Below the pieces are notes generated by a model. It was not told where the DNA came from. It saw only the letters and a program-made list of their open reading frames with translations, and searched no databases. Shown here one piece after another: positions 9,832-19,838 of a stretch of 64,000 bases of DNA; positions within the stretch are counted from its first letter, which is position 1; every line of letters begins with the position of its first letter. The DNA is taken from positions 64,001-128,000 of the forward strand of contig JBCBZT010000015.1 in assembly GCA_039815185.1 (NCBI GenBank), in the 5' to 3' direction. This stretch comes from Cyanobacteria bacterium P01_A01_bin.123 (GTDB lineage: Bacteria > Cyanobacteriota > Cyanobacteriia > Phormidesmidales > Phormidesmidaceae). A program made the position numbers and the translations under genes.

Positions 9832-11295
9832 ATGGCGGTAGCTCTTTCTCCGGCTTCTTTCATCGATAAGCCGATTAAGTTTGGCACAGACGGTTGGCGT
9901 GGCGTGATCGCAGCGGATTTCACCTTTGGGCGAGTGGCTCAGGTGGCAGGGGCAGCGGCTCAAGTGCTGAAGCAACAGTTTGCTGACACGGGGAGCAACA
10001 CTGTGATCGTGGGGTACGACCGACGGTTTTTGTCTCCCGAGTTTGCCCAGGTAGCCGCAGACGCGATCGCAGCGTTGGGCTTTACCGTTATGCTGTCGGC
10101 TTCCTATGCCCCGACCCCTGCCTTTAGCTGGGCTGCAAAAGCCAACAATGCTTTGGGAGCCATTGTGATCACCGCCAGCCATAACCCAGCAGCCTATTCG
10201 GGATTAAAGATTAAGGGAGCCTTCGGTGGGTCTGTCTCTCCAGATGTCACCAAATTGGTAGAAGCCCGCTTGGGGAAACCTGAACCAAAGGCAGCAACCC
10301 CAGGCGAAGTGACGCAGTTTGATCCCTGGCCTAGCTACTGTGGTGGTATTCAGGCCCAGGTTGATATTGAAGCGATTCGCACTGCCGTCGCTAATGGCAA
10401 GCTGACCGTATTTGCTGACGTCATGCACGGATCCGCAGCCAGTGGGGTAGAGCGGATTTTAGGTCTACCGATTCATGAACTGAATGGTGATGCTGATCCT
10501 CTGTTTGGTGGTGGTGCACCGGAACCACTCCCCAAGTATCTGGGGGAGAGTCTAGCCACGATCAAAGCCTACGAACCCGAAACCCCTGGAGGGCAAATTG
10601 TGGGTTTGGTGTTCGATGGCGACAGTGATCGGATTGCTGCCATTGATGGAGCAGGCAATTTCTTGAGTTCCCAAATTTTAATTCCCATTTTGATTGAGCA
10701 CCTTGCTGTTCGCCGGGGACTCAAAGGGGAAGTGATCAAAACCATTAGTGGCTCTAACTTAATGCCCGCAGTGGCCAAGCTTTTTGATCTATCTGTGTAC
10801 GAAACGCCTATTGGCTACAAGTACATTGCCGACCGTATGTTAGAGTCTCACGCGCTAATCGGCGGTGAAGAATCGGGCGGGGTAGGCTATGGTCACCATA
10901 TTCCAGAACGAGATGCGCTGCTGTCTGCGATGTATGTGCTAGAAGCCGTGGTTCTAGCCGGAGCAGACTTGAGCGATCTTTACAGCAAGCTGCAAACCGC
11001 TACCGGTTACTCCTCAGAGTACGACCGGATTGATTTGCCCCTAGCCAATATGGAGGTACGGGCCAAGCTACTGGCTCAACTTGAGCAAAATCGACCTCAA
11101 GCAGTGGCAGGTAAAGCGGTGAAAGATTGCCTTGCCATTGATGGCTACAAGTTCACCCTCGAAGACGGCAGTTGGCTGCTAATTCGCTTTAGCGGCACGG
11201 AACCCGTTCTCAGACTGTACTCTGAAGCGCAGACTTTAGAAGAAGTACACAAGCATTTAGCTTGGGCAAAAGACTGGGCCAACGCCATTGGCTAA
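9832..11295 (+). CDS. Phosphoglucomutase/phosphomannomutase family protein
   Basis: FGTDGWRG, catalytic TASHNP, metal loop FDGDSDR, GGEESGG and RFSGTEP. Confidence 0.95.
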   Translation: MAVALSPASFIDKPIKFGTDGWRGVIAADFTFGRVAQVAGAAAQVLKQQFADTGSNTVIVGYDRRFLSPEFAQVAADAIAALGFTVMLSASYAPTPAFSWAAKANNALGAIVITASHNPAAYSGLKIKGAFGGSVSPDVTKLVEARLGKPEPKAATPGEVTQFDPWPSYCGGIQAQVDIEAIRTAVANGKLTVFADVMHGSAASGVERILGLPIHELNGDADPLFGGGAPEPLPKYLGESLATIKAYEPETPGGQIVGLVFDGDSDRIAAIDGAGNFLSSQILIPILIEHLAVRRGLKGEVIKTISGSNLMPAVAKLFDLSVYETPIGYKYIADRMLESHALIGGEESGGVGYGHHIPERDALLSAMYVLEAVVLAGADLSDLYSKLQTATGYSSEYDRIDLPLANMEVRAKLLAQLEQNRPQAVAGKAVKDCLAIDGYKFTLEDGSWLLIRFSGTEPVLRLYSEAQTLEEVHKHLAWAKDWANAIG

Positions 11296-11352
11296 CGCCA
11301 AAGTGCCTTAGATAACCATCTCTTGGTTATGCCGTCGCTCTAATCAACGTCG

Positions 11353-11387
11353 AGGCCACCCAGTTTATTGCTGCTGGGTGGCTTTTT
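11353..11387 (+). terminator. Intrinsic terminator
   Basis: GCCACCCAG-loop-CTGGGTGGC followed by TTTTT. Confidence 0.75.
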
Positions 11388-11406
11388 GTCGTCGCGATCG
11401 CCAAAA

Positions 11407-11511
11407 TATAGCGCTGGCCAGATTGCTTAATGCACCGAGTACCGCTGGGATGCTCAGTACACAAGCAATCTGGTTCGCGGTAGCGCACAAAGCTTTGTGG
11501 CTACCGCTATA
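11407..11511 (-). mobile_element. ~105-bp MITE-like repeat, copy 2 (most complete, TATA at both ends)
   Basis: TATAGCGCTGGCCAGATTGCTT...AAGCAATCTGG..GTAGCGCACAAAGCTTTGTGGCTACCGCTATA. Confidence 0.8.
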
Positions 11512-12031
11512 AATGTGACCAAAATCACCTGCGAGCCCTATCTCAATTACGTCAAACCCTGCTGAAATATCACGTCAGTGTCAAAATCTCCATCACCCCA
11601 CAAAGCTGCTGTTTCGCCGATGATGAAACTAGTGGTAGCAAATTAATCGGCCTATTCCTCAGCAGCCACCATCACTATATTTCTGAATCGGAATAACCTA
11701 TTGAGATTTGCCTTACCTGGGCTGCAATCACAGCATACTGAACAATTAACAAGAATTTTTACTTCGCCATTCGTAATTGCACGGAGACGCTGTGCAGCTG
11801 GAGTTAACCCGTGAAATGTTCAACCCATGTGGCTTTGAGCCGTATGGGTTGAATTCAAGCTGAGAAGGGCGCTGATGAAGTGCTGCTCCATGTCAGGATT
11901 TTCCGCATTGTCTTAGCTAACCTAGATCGCCCAACATAGTCTTGACAGCAACTTTTCATAAAAAGTTCCTACTTGTCACGCTCTCGCGTTCACCCTATTT
12001 AACCGTTCGCCCCTTACCCTGAGAAATCGTT

Positions 12032-12223
12032 ATGCTGCATCGCCATCATCCCTGCTGCCGAAAACGTGTTGTCCGCAACAGTTTGCTTCTGTTCTTCCTT
12101 TGGATTACTGCGCTATGGACCCTTTACGACGTGCGGTACTCTAACATGGGCGGCACAGCCCAGTATCAAAAACTTCAGCGTTTAGCGTGGTACGGTGTGG
12201 TGCTGAAAGCAAATCAGCCCTAG
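12032..12223 (+). CDS. Hypothetical small membrane protein
   Basis: 63 aa with a basic N-terminus and one hydrophobic segment (LLLFFLWITALW). Confidence 0.4.
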   Translation: MLHRHHPCCRKRVVRNSLLLFFLWITALWTLYDVRYSNMGGTAQYQKLQRLAWYGVVLKANQP

Positions 12224-12314
12224 TTCTAGGTCAATCCCGTTATTCCAAATGCCTCGCGATCGCGTTTCAAAGCAGGCTAAACTGCCCAAGGAGCACCCTG
12301 CAGTTGAAACACCT

Positions 12315-13184
12315 ATGGCTTCTGGTTTGACTCGCACTCAACAGCACGCTTGCTTTGGCGGCACTGTTGAGTATTACACCCATCCTTCTAACGAATGCAG
12401 CTGCGATATGCAGTTTGCCGTTTTTGTGCCACCCCAAGCTAGCCATGGGCCTGTGCCCGTGGTCTACTACCTGTCTGGATTGACCTGCACCGAAGAAAAC
12501 TTTACGGCTAAAGCTGGAGCCCAGCGCACTGCCGCTGAACTTGGGTTGATGGTGGTCGCGCCCGATACCAGTCCGCGGGGTAAGGACGTACCCGACGACG
12601 CAGAGGCTTGGGACTTTGGCAAAGGGGCCGGATTTTATGTCGATGCCACCCAAGCGCCTTGGGATTCCAATTACCGCATGTACAGTTACATCACGGTAGA
12701 ACTGCCTGCTTTGATTCAGCAGCATTTTCCGGCTAGAGGCGATCGCCAGGGAATTTTTGGCCATTCCATGGGGGGGCATGGTGCCCTAGTTTGTGGCTTG
12801 CGCAACCCCGATAAATATCGCTCAATCTCAGCCTTTGCCCCGATTGCTGCTCCGATGCAGTGCCCTTGGGGCGAAAAAGCCTTTGAGGGATATCTCGGTA
12901 GCGATCGCGCCACTTGGTCAGCCTATGACGCTACTGAGCTCGTCAAACACCATGCCGATCCAACTCGCCCAATTTTGATCGACCAGGGCACTGCAGATAG
13001 CTTCCTAACTCAAAAGCAACTCCTCCCCGACGTGTTTGAAACCGCCTGCAAAGCCGCTGGACAACCCCTCACCCTCCGCATGCAGCCCGACTATGATCAC
13101 GGCTACTACTTTATGGCTACCTTCATGGCCGATCACCTGCACCACCACTTTGCCGCTTTAAGCCAGTCAGTTGTCAGCCAATAA
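12315..13184 (+). CDS. fghA: S-formylglutathione hydrolase
   Basis: YYLSGLTCTEENF, nucleophile GHSMGGHG and YDHGYYF. Confidence 0.95.
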   Translation: MASGLTRTQQHACFGGTVEYYTHPSNECSCDMQFAVFVPPQASHGPVPVVYYLSGLTCTEENFTAKAGAQRTAAELGLMVVAPDTSPRGKDVPDDAEAWDFGKGAGFYVDATQAPWDSNYRMYSYITVELPALIQQHFPARGDRQGIFGHSMGGHGALVCGLRNPDKYRSISAFAPIAAPMQCPWGEKAFEGYLGSDRATWSAYDATELVKHHADPTRPILIDQGTADSFLTQKQLLPDVFETACKAAGQPLTLRMQPDYDHGYYFMATFMADHLHHHFAALSQSVVSQ

Positions 13185-13238
13185 CCCCCTTGCTCCTGCT
13201 CCCCCCATCTTCCTAATCAATTTGCAACTCCATCCCAA

Positions 13239-13910
13239 CTATTTCCCCACCAGTTTGCCAGCCCCTGGCAACTCAGGGCGTAAATGCATCGGTAAGTGAA
13301 TGCAGTCATTGAATACTTCTACAAAGGGGCCGTAGCTGGCCATTGAGATTACGGTGAGGCCAGCGACAGGCATGGCCAGGCGATCGCGGTAACGCCCTGT
13401 ATCCACACCCAACAGTGTGCAGAGCATAATCCGCAATGTCGCTTTGTGGGACACAATCAGGACATTACCGGTCGGGTAACGATTTTCAATTTCGTCTAGG
13501 ACTGCTGAACTGCGGTGGGCTACCCGCACCCCCTTTTCACCAGCTGTGGGTGCATTCCACCCCGGATCGGCTAGCCAGCGCATGTAGTCGTCGTGGAATC
13601 GTTGATCCACGGTCGCAGGGGATAACCCTTCCCATTGACCAAAATCCAGTTCTCTGAGTCCGTCACGCTTTTGGATGTCTAGTCCCGATGTTGAAGCCAG
13701 GGATTCATAGAGGGGCTTGACCGTTGCGATCGCATGGCTAAGCGGGCTACAAAAAATTGCTGTCCAAGGCAATTGGTAATAGGCTTTGGCAAAGTGATCA
13801 GCCATTCCCTGTCCCCGAGTAGTCAGGGGCACCCCATCATGGCTGCAATAACAGCCTGTCCGGGAATATTCTGTTTCTCCGTTGCGCAACAGGTAAAGCT
13901 TTAAGCTCAT
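13239..13910 (-). CDS. Histidine phosphatase family protein, catalytic His replaced by Asn
   Basis: LLRNGET in place of RHG; SPL, RELDFGQWEG and VSHK are retained. Confidence 0.85.
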   Translation of the reverse strand: MSLKLYLLRNGETEYSRTGCYCSHDGVPLTTRGQGMADHFAKAYYQLPWTAIFCSPLSHAIATVKPLYESLASTSGLDIQKRDGLRELDFGQWEGLSPATVDQRFHDDYMRWLADPGWNAPTAGEKGVRVAHRSSAVLDEIENRYPTGNVLIVSHKATLRIMLCTLLGVDTGRYRDRLAMPVAGLTVISMASYGPFVEVFNDCIHLPMHLRPELPGAGKLVGK

Positions 13911-13923
13911 GGTGATGACTCAC

Positions 13924-14568
13924 TCAAGTACTCGGTAAGGCTCGCAATCGTTCCCCCAAGTGTGATCGATCGGCAATCCGGTGAAATCGTGGCCCCCGAG
14001 ATGCCAACTCTACAATGCTGACGGCGGCAACGGGCATATCCATGCGATCGCGATAGCGCCCCACATCAATGCCCAGCAGCAAAGACAACATAATGCGGAT
14101 AGTGGCCTTGTGGGACACAATCAACACGTTGCCATCGTCATAGGTTTGCTCGATGGTGTCGAGCACCTGCGACGCCCGTCGAGCAATATCCACCGCCCTT
14201 TCACCCCCAGTTGGTGCAGACCAGGCCGGATCAGTCAGCCAGCTTAAATAATCATCGTGAAATTGGATATCTACGACATCCGGGGGTAACCCTTCCCACT
14301 GGCCATACATGACCTCGCGCAACCCTGCTTGCAGCTGCATGTCCAATCCCACTTGTTGACAAAAGGGGGTGGCCGTTTCAATCGCCCGTCGCAGCGGACT
14401 CACATAGGCTGCTCGCCAAGGTAAATGGGCATAGGCATCCGCAAAAGCCTCTGACATTTGATGCCCCTCTACCGTTAAACCCGGATCATTTTCTGGGGTG
14501 CCGCAATAGCCCCCGGTCAAGCTGTAGGCCGTTTGACCATGGCGCAAAAAATAAAGAACGGCTCCCAT
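13924..14568 (-). CDS. Histidine phosphatase (phosphoglycerate mutase family)
   Basis: FLRHGQT, SPLRRA, REVMYGQWEG and VSHK. Confidence 0.92.
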   Translation of the reverse strand: MGAVLYFLRHGQTAYSLTGGYCGTPENDPGLTVEGHQMSEAFADAYAHLPWRAAYVSPLRRAIETATPFCQQVGLDMQLQAGLREVMYGQWEGLPPDVVDIQFHDDYLSWLTDPAWSAPTGGERAVDIARRASQVLDTIEQTYDDGNVLIVSHKATIRIMLSLLLGIDVGRYRDRMDMPVAAVSIVELASRGPRFHRIADRSHLGERLRALPST

Positions 14569-14759
14569 CGTGCAGCAACCTGAAATATAGGCACACTGCC
14601 AATCTACCCGATTAAACTGCGAAATGGGTTAAGGGTGAACCGATGAGGCGTTCATAATGCCTTGATTCGGGATTGGCGTGGCGTCTGCAACCCGTTCGAT
14701 CGCAACCAAAACATTGCGGAATTTAACCATCTGTCTTTGTATATTTTAGTGACTCTGTT

Positions 14760-15275
14760 TTGGAGAGCTTGCTTGTGAAGATTGTTCTGCGTTCTAATCG
14801 TCTGGCGCTGTTTGTATTGTTTGGTATGACGGTTTTAATTGGCTTTGAGGCTGCTACGGCTGCCGCTGCCTTAGCCCAGGGGCAAGACACCCAAGCTTGC
14901 CCTTACGAATGGCAAGCGCTGCAACCCTATGCTGAGGTGATTACCCAAAATGATCCGTTGTCGCTACGAGAAACCCCTGGTGGACGTATCATCGGTGTCA
15001 TCCCTAAAGGCTGGGCAGTGGTTACGCTGGCGCAGAGCTCAGACGGTCAATGGACGCGGGTGACCAATCAATATGGCTACATCGGTCGCTTCACGTTTGA
15101 CGACACTAACCTCGATAGCGCCTGGGTATCGACTCGCTATCTGCAAGATTTGGGTGAATTTTGCGAAAAGCCAATTTCGATGTTGCAGACATCATTGAGT
15201 GCTGCCAGCCAAGCTCAGCAATACGCGGTCAATGAAGATTGGCTACACTTGGGCGATCGCATTGCCCTCTCCTAG
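14760..15275 (+). CDS. Secreted SH3b-domain protein (start uncertain)
   Basis: Signal-like N-terminus, then PLSLRETPGGRIIGVIPKG...GQWTRV...WVSTRYL. Confidence 0.7.
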   Translation: MESLLVKIVLRSNRLALFVLFGMTVLIGFEAATAAAALAQGQDTQACPYEWQALQPYAEVITQNDPLSLRETPGGRIIGVIPKGWAVVTLAQSSDGQWTRVTNQYGYIGRFTFDDTNLDSAWVSTRYLQDLGEFCEKPISMLQTSLSAASQAQQYAVNEDWLHLGDRIALS

Positions 15276-15283
15276 CTGCAAGC

Positions 15284-16021
15284 TTAGAACAGCGATCGCA
15301 GATACTCGCGGCGCATCCGCGCGATCGCGCTAATTGAGATGCCCTTGGGGCACACCGCTTCACATTCACCGTGGTTTGAACAGTCGCCAAATCCCTCAGT
15401 GGCCATTTGCTCAGTCATCGCGACAACCCGTCGTTTGCGTTCTGGTTCACCCTGGGGCAGCAGTGACAGATGGGCAATTTTCGCTGCCGTAAACAGTGAG
15501 GCTGATGCATTGGGGCAGGCCGCAACGCAAGCACCACAGCCAATACAGGTGGCATAGTCAAAGGCGAGATCGGCATCAGCTTTAGCCACAGGTAGTGCAT
15601 TGGCCTCAGGGGCTGAGCCAGTTTTGATAGAGATGTAGCCTCCGGCAGTGATGATTCGATCGAAGGCAGCGCGATCGACCACAAGATCTTTAACCACAGG
15701 AAACGCCGCTGCCCGCCAAGGTTCCACTAACAGCGTATCGCCGTCTTGAAACGCACGCAGGTATAACTGACAGGCCGACGTTTGTTGTTGAGGCCCGTGG
15801 GCTTGACCATTGATCATCATGCCGCAGGAGCCGCAGATGCCTTCACGACAGTCGTGGTCAAACTCAATTGGCTCTTCACCCTGGTGGATCAACTGCTCGT
15901 TCAGCACATCTAGCAGTTCTAAAAATGACATGTCAGGTTGGGCATTGGGCACCGTGTAGTGCGCAAACTGTCCGGGCTGATCTGCCCCTGGCTGCCGCCA
16001 TACCTTCAAGTGGAGTTTCAT
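15284..16021 (-). CDS. sdhB: Succinate dehydrogenase/fumarate reductase iron-sulfur subunit
   Basis: [22 protein letters not shown] and [12 protein letters not shown] clusters. Confidence 0.93.
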   Translation of the reverse strand: MKLHLKVWRQPGADQPGQFAHYTVPNAQPDMSFLELLDVLNEQLIHQGEEPIEFDHDCREGICGSCGMMINGQAHGPQQQTSACQLYLRAFQDGDTLLVEPWRAAAFPVVKDLVVDRAAFDRIITAGGYISIKTGSAPEANALPVAKADADLAFDYATCIGCGACVAACPNASASLFTAAKIAHLSLLPQGEPERKRRVVAMTEQMATEGFGDCSNHGECEAVCPKGISISAIARMRREYLRSLF

Positions 16022-16204
16022 CACAGGTGTTGTTGCCAATCCCAACCCATCATGGCTTAGCCTAACGCAAGGGGCTATTCTAATAGCCGGATTATAAGCA
16101 TCCCTTTGGGTTGGTGTATCCGCTCGTCTGAGTCTGGATAGACTAAACTCTGATTACTGTTAACGTACAGCGATCGCATCAACTGCACCCTTCGTTACCC
16201 CTAT

Positions 16205-17545
16205 ATGTCTCCAGTTATTCCCCTCCAGTTTGTCAACGCCGAAGATCTCAAACAACAACCCGATACTGTACGCCTTTGGGCCAGCACTGCTGGCTTCAAG
16301 GCTGACCCCGGCAGCCACTGCCTGGTGCCTGATAGTCAAGGTGCAATCGCAACTGTATTAGTTGGCACTCCTGCCGCATTGGATACTTGGACGTTAGGGA
16401 AACTAGCCCAAAGCTTGCCGCCCAATCGTTATACCTTAAGCGTAGATCTCGATGGCGAAACCGCTACCAAGTTGTGCCTCGGCTGGCAATTGGGGCAGTA
16501 TCGATTCACTAAGTATAAAAATGGCTCAAGTGCGTTACCAGAATTGGTATTTCCGGCTGGGGTAGACGATGCTTACGTTCAAGCCTCAGTAACCGCTACT
16601 ACCCTTGTCCGCGATCTGATCAATACGCCCGTCAATGACATGGGGCCAGACCAGCTCGAAGCTGCTGCCCAAACCCTGGCCCAGCAGTACCAAGCCGCTA
16701 TTCAGGTCACTGTGGACGAGGCACTCCTAGCCCAAAACTACCCGATGATTCACGCCGTAGGTCGCGCCAATGACCAACCCCCGCGCTTAATCGACCTGCT
16801 TTGGGGTGACCCCAATCACCCCAAAGTTACCCTAGTCGGCAAGGGGGTGTGCTTCGACACGGGCGGACTCAATATTAAGAACAGCAGCGGTATGAAGCTG
16901 ATGAAAAAAGATATGGGCGGAGCCGCTCAGGTCTTAGGCTTAGCCAGCTTAATCATGCAGATGCAGCTACCTGTACAGCTACGCGTGTTGATTCCCGCTG
17001 TAGAGAACAGCATTACGAATAATGCCATACGTCCCTCAGATATATTGCCGTCGCGTAAAGGCGTCACCATAGAAATTGGCAACACTGACGCCGAAGGCCG
17101 CTTGGTGTTAGCTGATGCCCTATGGGAAGCCGTGAGCGACCCCCCTGATCTGCTGATTGACTGTGCGACCCTGACAGGTGCTGCCCGTGTTGCCCTAGGC
17201 GCTGAACTCCCCGCCTTCTTCTGCAACCATGGGCCAACGGCTGAAGCCCTTAAAGCGGTTGGAGAGGCTTGCGACGATCCATTATGGCAACTGCCACTGC
17301 ACGCCCCTTATCGAGAAATGCTCTCAAGCAAAATCGCCGATCTCAATAATATTTCCAATACCTCCTACGGTGGCTCGATTACGGCAGCACTGTTCTTACA
17401 GGAATTTGTCAAACCAGACGTCCCCTGGATTCACATCGACTTCATGGCCTGGAACCTGCGTGCCCTGCCCGGACGTCCCGAAGGCGGTGATGCTATGGGT
17501 ATGCGGGCATTGTTTGCATTGATTCGAGATCAAGTAGTGGGTTAG
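16205..17545 (+). CDS. Leucyl aminopeptidase (M17)
   Basis: VGKGVCFDTGG, MKKDMGG and NTDAEGRL. Confidence 0.95.
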   Translation: MSPVIPLQFVNAEDLKQQPDTVRLWASTAGFKADPGSHCLVPDSQGAIATVLVGTPAALDTWTLGKLAQSLPPNRYTLSVDLDGETATKLCLGWQLGQYRFTKYKNGSSALPELVFPAGVDDAYVQASVTATTLVRDLINTPVNDMGPDQLEAAAQTLAQQYQAAIQVTVDEALLAQNYPMIHAVGRANDQPPRLIDLLWGDPNHPKVTLVGKGVCFDTGGLNIKNSSGMKLMKKDMGGAAQVLGLASLIMQMQLPVQLRVLIPAVENSITNNAIRPSDILPSRKGVTIEIGNTDAEGRLVLADALWEAVSDPPDLLIDCATLTGAARVALGAELPAFFCNHGPTAEALKAVGEACDDPLWQLPLHAPYREMLSSKIADLNNISNTSYGGSITAALFLQEFVKPDVPWIHIDFMAWNLRALPGRPEGGDAMGMRALFALIRDQVVG

Positions 17546-19665
17546 GACTCCTGCCCAAACCACTTTTGGTAAATTTCGTCATACTGTTCGGTTTCAAAAA
17601 GTTTTAGCAGGCTGGCGTTAATTACTTCTCGATAGTCGCTATCTTGGGCCATGGCAATGCCGTAGCTAAGTTCTTTGTGAAACACAGGGCCAACGACTTT
17701 GACTTTACCTTGACCGTCGTGGGCGGCATAGTGCTGAAGCACAGGGGCATCGTAGACTACAGCATCAAATTGGTTATCAATTAGCCCTTGAAACACTTCT
17801 TCTTGGGTCGCATAGTCGCGAAAAAACAGTCCGGGTTGGCGGGCTAAGTAGTCGGCAGCGGCGCTGTTGGCGATCGTGGCGATGCGTTTACCGGGTAAAT
17901 CTCCTGGGCCGCGAATGTTGCCTTGGAGTTCTTGCACGGTGAAGGAGCTGGCAATGGTCGCCGTGAAGTAAGCGAGCACAAAATAACCAAAAAACATCCA
18001 TAACAATCCAAAAACGCGGCCCAATGCCCGTTGGGGTACCTTGTCGCCATAGCCCACGGTGGTTACGGTTACCGCAGCCCACCAAAAGGCTTCCCAAATA
18101 CCGGATAGGTAACGGCTAGGAAACTGGGCATTGTGGCGATGTTCCGACAGCCATAAAATATGGGCCACCCCCAGCAAAATGAAGACTAAAATGCCGATCC
18201 CGTAATACAATCTGGGCGATCGCAGGACAGCAATCACCACACCAAAGACTTCGGTTAAGGCCGTATCACCCTGGCTAGAGACCAAAACCTGTAACCCCGA
18301 CTCAAAGAACGCATGGGAAAAATCTAGGGATTCTTCTCCATAGGAGGTAATGCCAATCCCTGCCACGGCTAGGTCGGCGGCCCCCCGCTCGACGTCGTCG
18401 AGCATTTTGGCCAGGGAGTTAACCCCCACAAGCTCATAGGTGATGTTGAGATCGGCCGCGATCGCTTTCCAGAGGTCAATACTAAAACCGCTGTAATCTT
18501 GACTTTGATAAGTGACAAAGGGCTCAAACTGCTTCGTCACAACCCTCAGGGTCTGACCTTCATAGGGGGAAGTTGTGGGTTCAGGGTCCGGAACTGCCGC
18601 AGACGAGGGAGGGCTGGTCTCGGCAATTTCCTGAGCAATCGCCAACCAAGGATCAACGCGATCGCGGTTAGCCGCAATCCACTGACGGGCATGGTCGCGA
18701 ATATCAGCTTTAGAATCTTCTCCTGAGAGCATTTTGGCGTTTTGGCTGGTGATCTCCGCTAGGGGAATTTCAATCTGTTCCAATAGCGCTCGCACTGCCG
18801 GGTTAGTCTGCAGGAAGGCACGATTAGCTACGGCTCGAATGTCGTTGGGCGGAAACCCCATGGCGCAGGGATCAGCCACACAACCCGGCACCCCTGGCAC
18901 GACCGTTTCACTCTCTAAAGATTTTTGAGCCACAGGCAGACTCGGAAAAGGCACCTCCAACCACACCACATCTTGCCCCGGCACCAGCTGACTAATAGTC
19001 CAGTTGGGTGTCCAGGAATAAAACAGCATGGATTCCCCCTGGCGATAGCGATCAATGGCGTTTTTTAGCATGGGGGTATAGTCGCCGTGGAGATGCTCAA
19101 CCGTTTCGGTTAACCCGTAGGCGTCCAAATGCTGATCGATGATCTCGGCGCAGCTCCAGTCCTGGTTGCAGCCGATTAGATCTGCCTTGCGATCGCCGTC
19201 ACGGTCAAACTGCTTGGCAATATCGGGATCAGCCAAATCCTCTAAATTGCGGATGTTGAACTGATCTGCTGTGGTCTTGTCGATTAAGTATCCCTGGAGT
19301 GCTCCCCCAGGAACCTCAAACCCCACCACCTCGACCTGATCCGCAATGTCATCGCGGTTGAGAAAGCTGTTATGAGATGGAAACCAGCCGTTGGCCCACA
19401 GATCGACCTCGCCTTCAGCAACAGCAGTGTAAAACGCTTCATTGTCTAAGGTGCGTGGTTCACTCACGCTGTAGCCCAACTCTTGCAGTAAGGCCCGAAA
19501 GATCTCTGTTTGAAACCAGCCCGTATCCCAAGTGGGTCTGGCAATGTTGATCGGGGATGCTGCCTTTACCTCAGATACTGCTGATAGGCTCAATAGCCAA
19601 GCCAGAGCCAAGCCCAACAACACCCATCCCAAAGCTTTGAATCGAGATCCCATGATCAACCACAT
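17542..19665 (-). CDS. Fusion: ProX-like glycine betaine-binding domain + GluR0-type ligand-gated K+ channel
   Basis: Signal peptide, then the ProX motifs WFPSH, LIGCNQDWSC and YSWTPNW, a Pro/Ser linker, the S1 lobe, a TM, the pore WWAAVTVTTVGYGD, a second TM, and the S2 lobe ending YQKWFG. Confidence 0.88.
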   Translation of the reverse strand: MWLIMGSRFKALGWVLLGLALAWLLSLSAVSEVKAASPINIARPTWDTGWFQTEIFRALLQELGYSVSEPRTLDNEAFYTAVAEGEVDLWANGWFPSHNSFLNRDDIADQVEVVGFEVPGGALQGYLIDKTTADQFNIRNLEDLADPDIAKQFDRDGDRKADLIGCNQDWSCAEIIDQHLDAYGLTETVEHLHGDYTPMLKNAIDRYRQGESMLFYSWTPNWTISQLVPGQDVVWLEVPFPSLPVAQKSLESETVVPGVPGCVADPCAMGFPPNDIRAVANRAFLQTNPAVRALLEQIEIPLAEITSQNAKMLSGEDSKADIRDHARQWIAANRDRVDPWLAIAQEIAETSPPSSAAVPDPEPTTSPYEGQTLRVVTKQFEPFVTYQSQDYSGFSIDLWKAIAADLNITYELVGVNSLAKMLDDVERGAADLAVAGIGITSYGEESLDFSHAFFESGLQVLVSSQGDTALTEVFGVVIAVLRSPRLYYGIGILVFILLGVAHILWLSEHRHNAQFPSRYLSGIWEAFWWAAVTVTTVGYGDKVPQRALGRVFGLLWMFFGYFVLAYFTATIASSFTVQELQGNIRGPGDLPGKRIATIANSAAADYLARQPGLFFRDYATQEEVFQGLIDNQFDAVVYDAPVLQHYAAHDGQGKVKVVGPVFHKELSYGIAMAQDSDYREVINASLLKLFETEQYDEIYQKWFGQES

Positions 19666-19689
19666 CCGATTTAAAAACTTGAGTTTTCG

Positions 19690-19792
19690 TAGCGCTAACT
19701 AGATTGCTGCATCCACCGAGGATCGCTAAAGGTCTTAGTCTACAAGCAATCTAGCTCGCAGTCGCGCACAAAGGTTGGTGGCGACTGCTATA
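19690..19792 (-). mobile_element. ~105-bp MITE-like repeat, copy 3 (diverged)
   Basis: TAGCGCTAACTAGATTGCT...AAGCAATCTAGCTCGCAGTCGCGCACAAAGGTTGGTGGCGACTGCTATA. Confidence 0.7.
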
Positions 19793-19838
19793 GCTTAAGG
19801 GAAAACGATAAATCTAGATGTCATCAAAACTATTTCAC

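Noticed and set aside
11800..11895. Hammerhead ribozyme or fluoride riboswitch (CTGATGA and GAAA present)
   Set aside because: I could not build stems I and II around the core, and the fluoride-riboswitch 5' GGCGATGGAG-type segment is absent.
15284..16021. Orphan sdhB
   Set aside because: sdh subunit genes are commonly scattered in cyanobacterial genomes.
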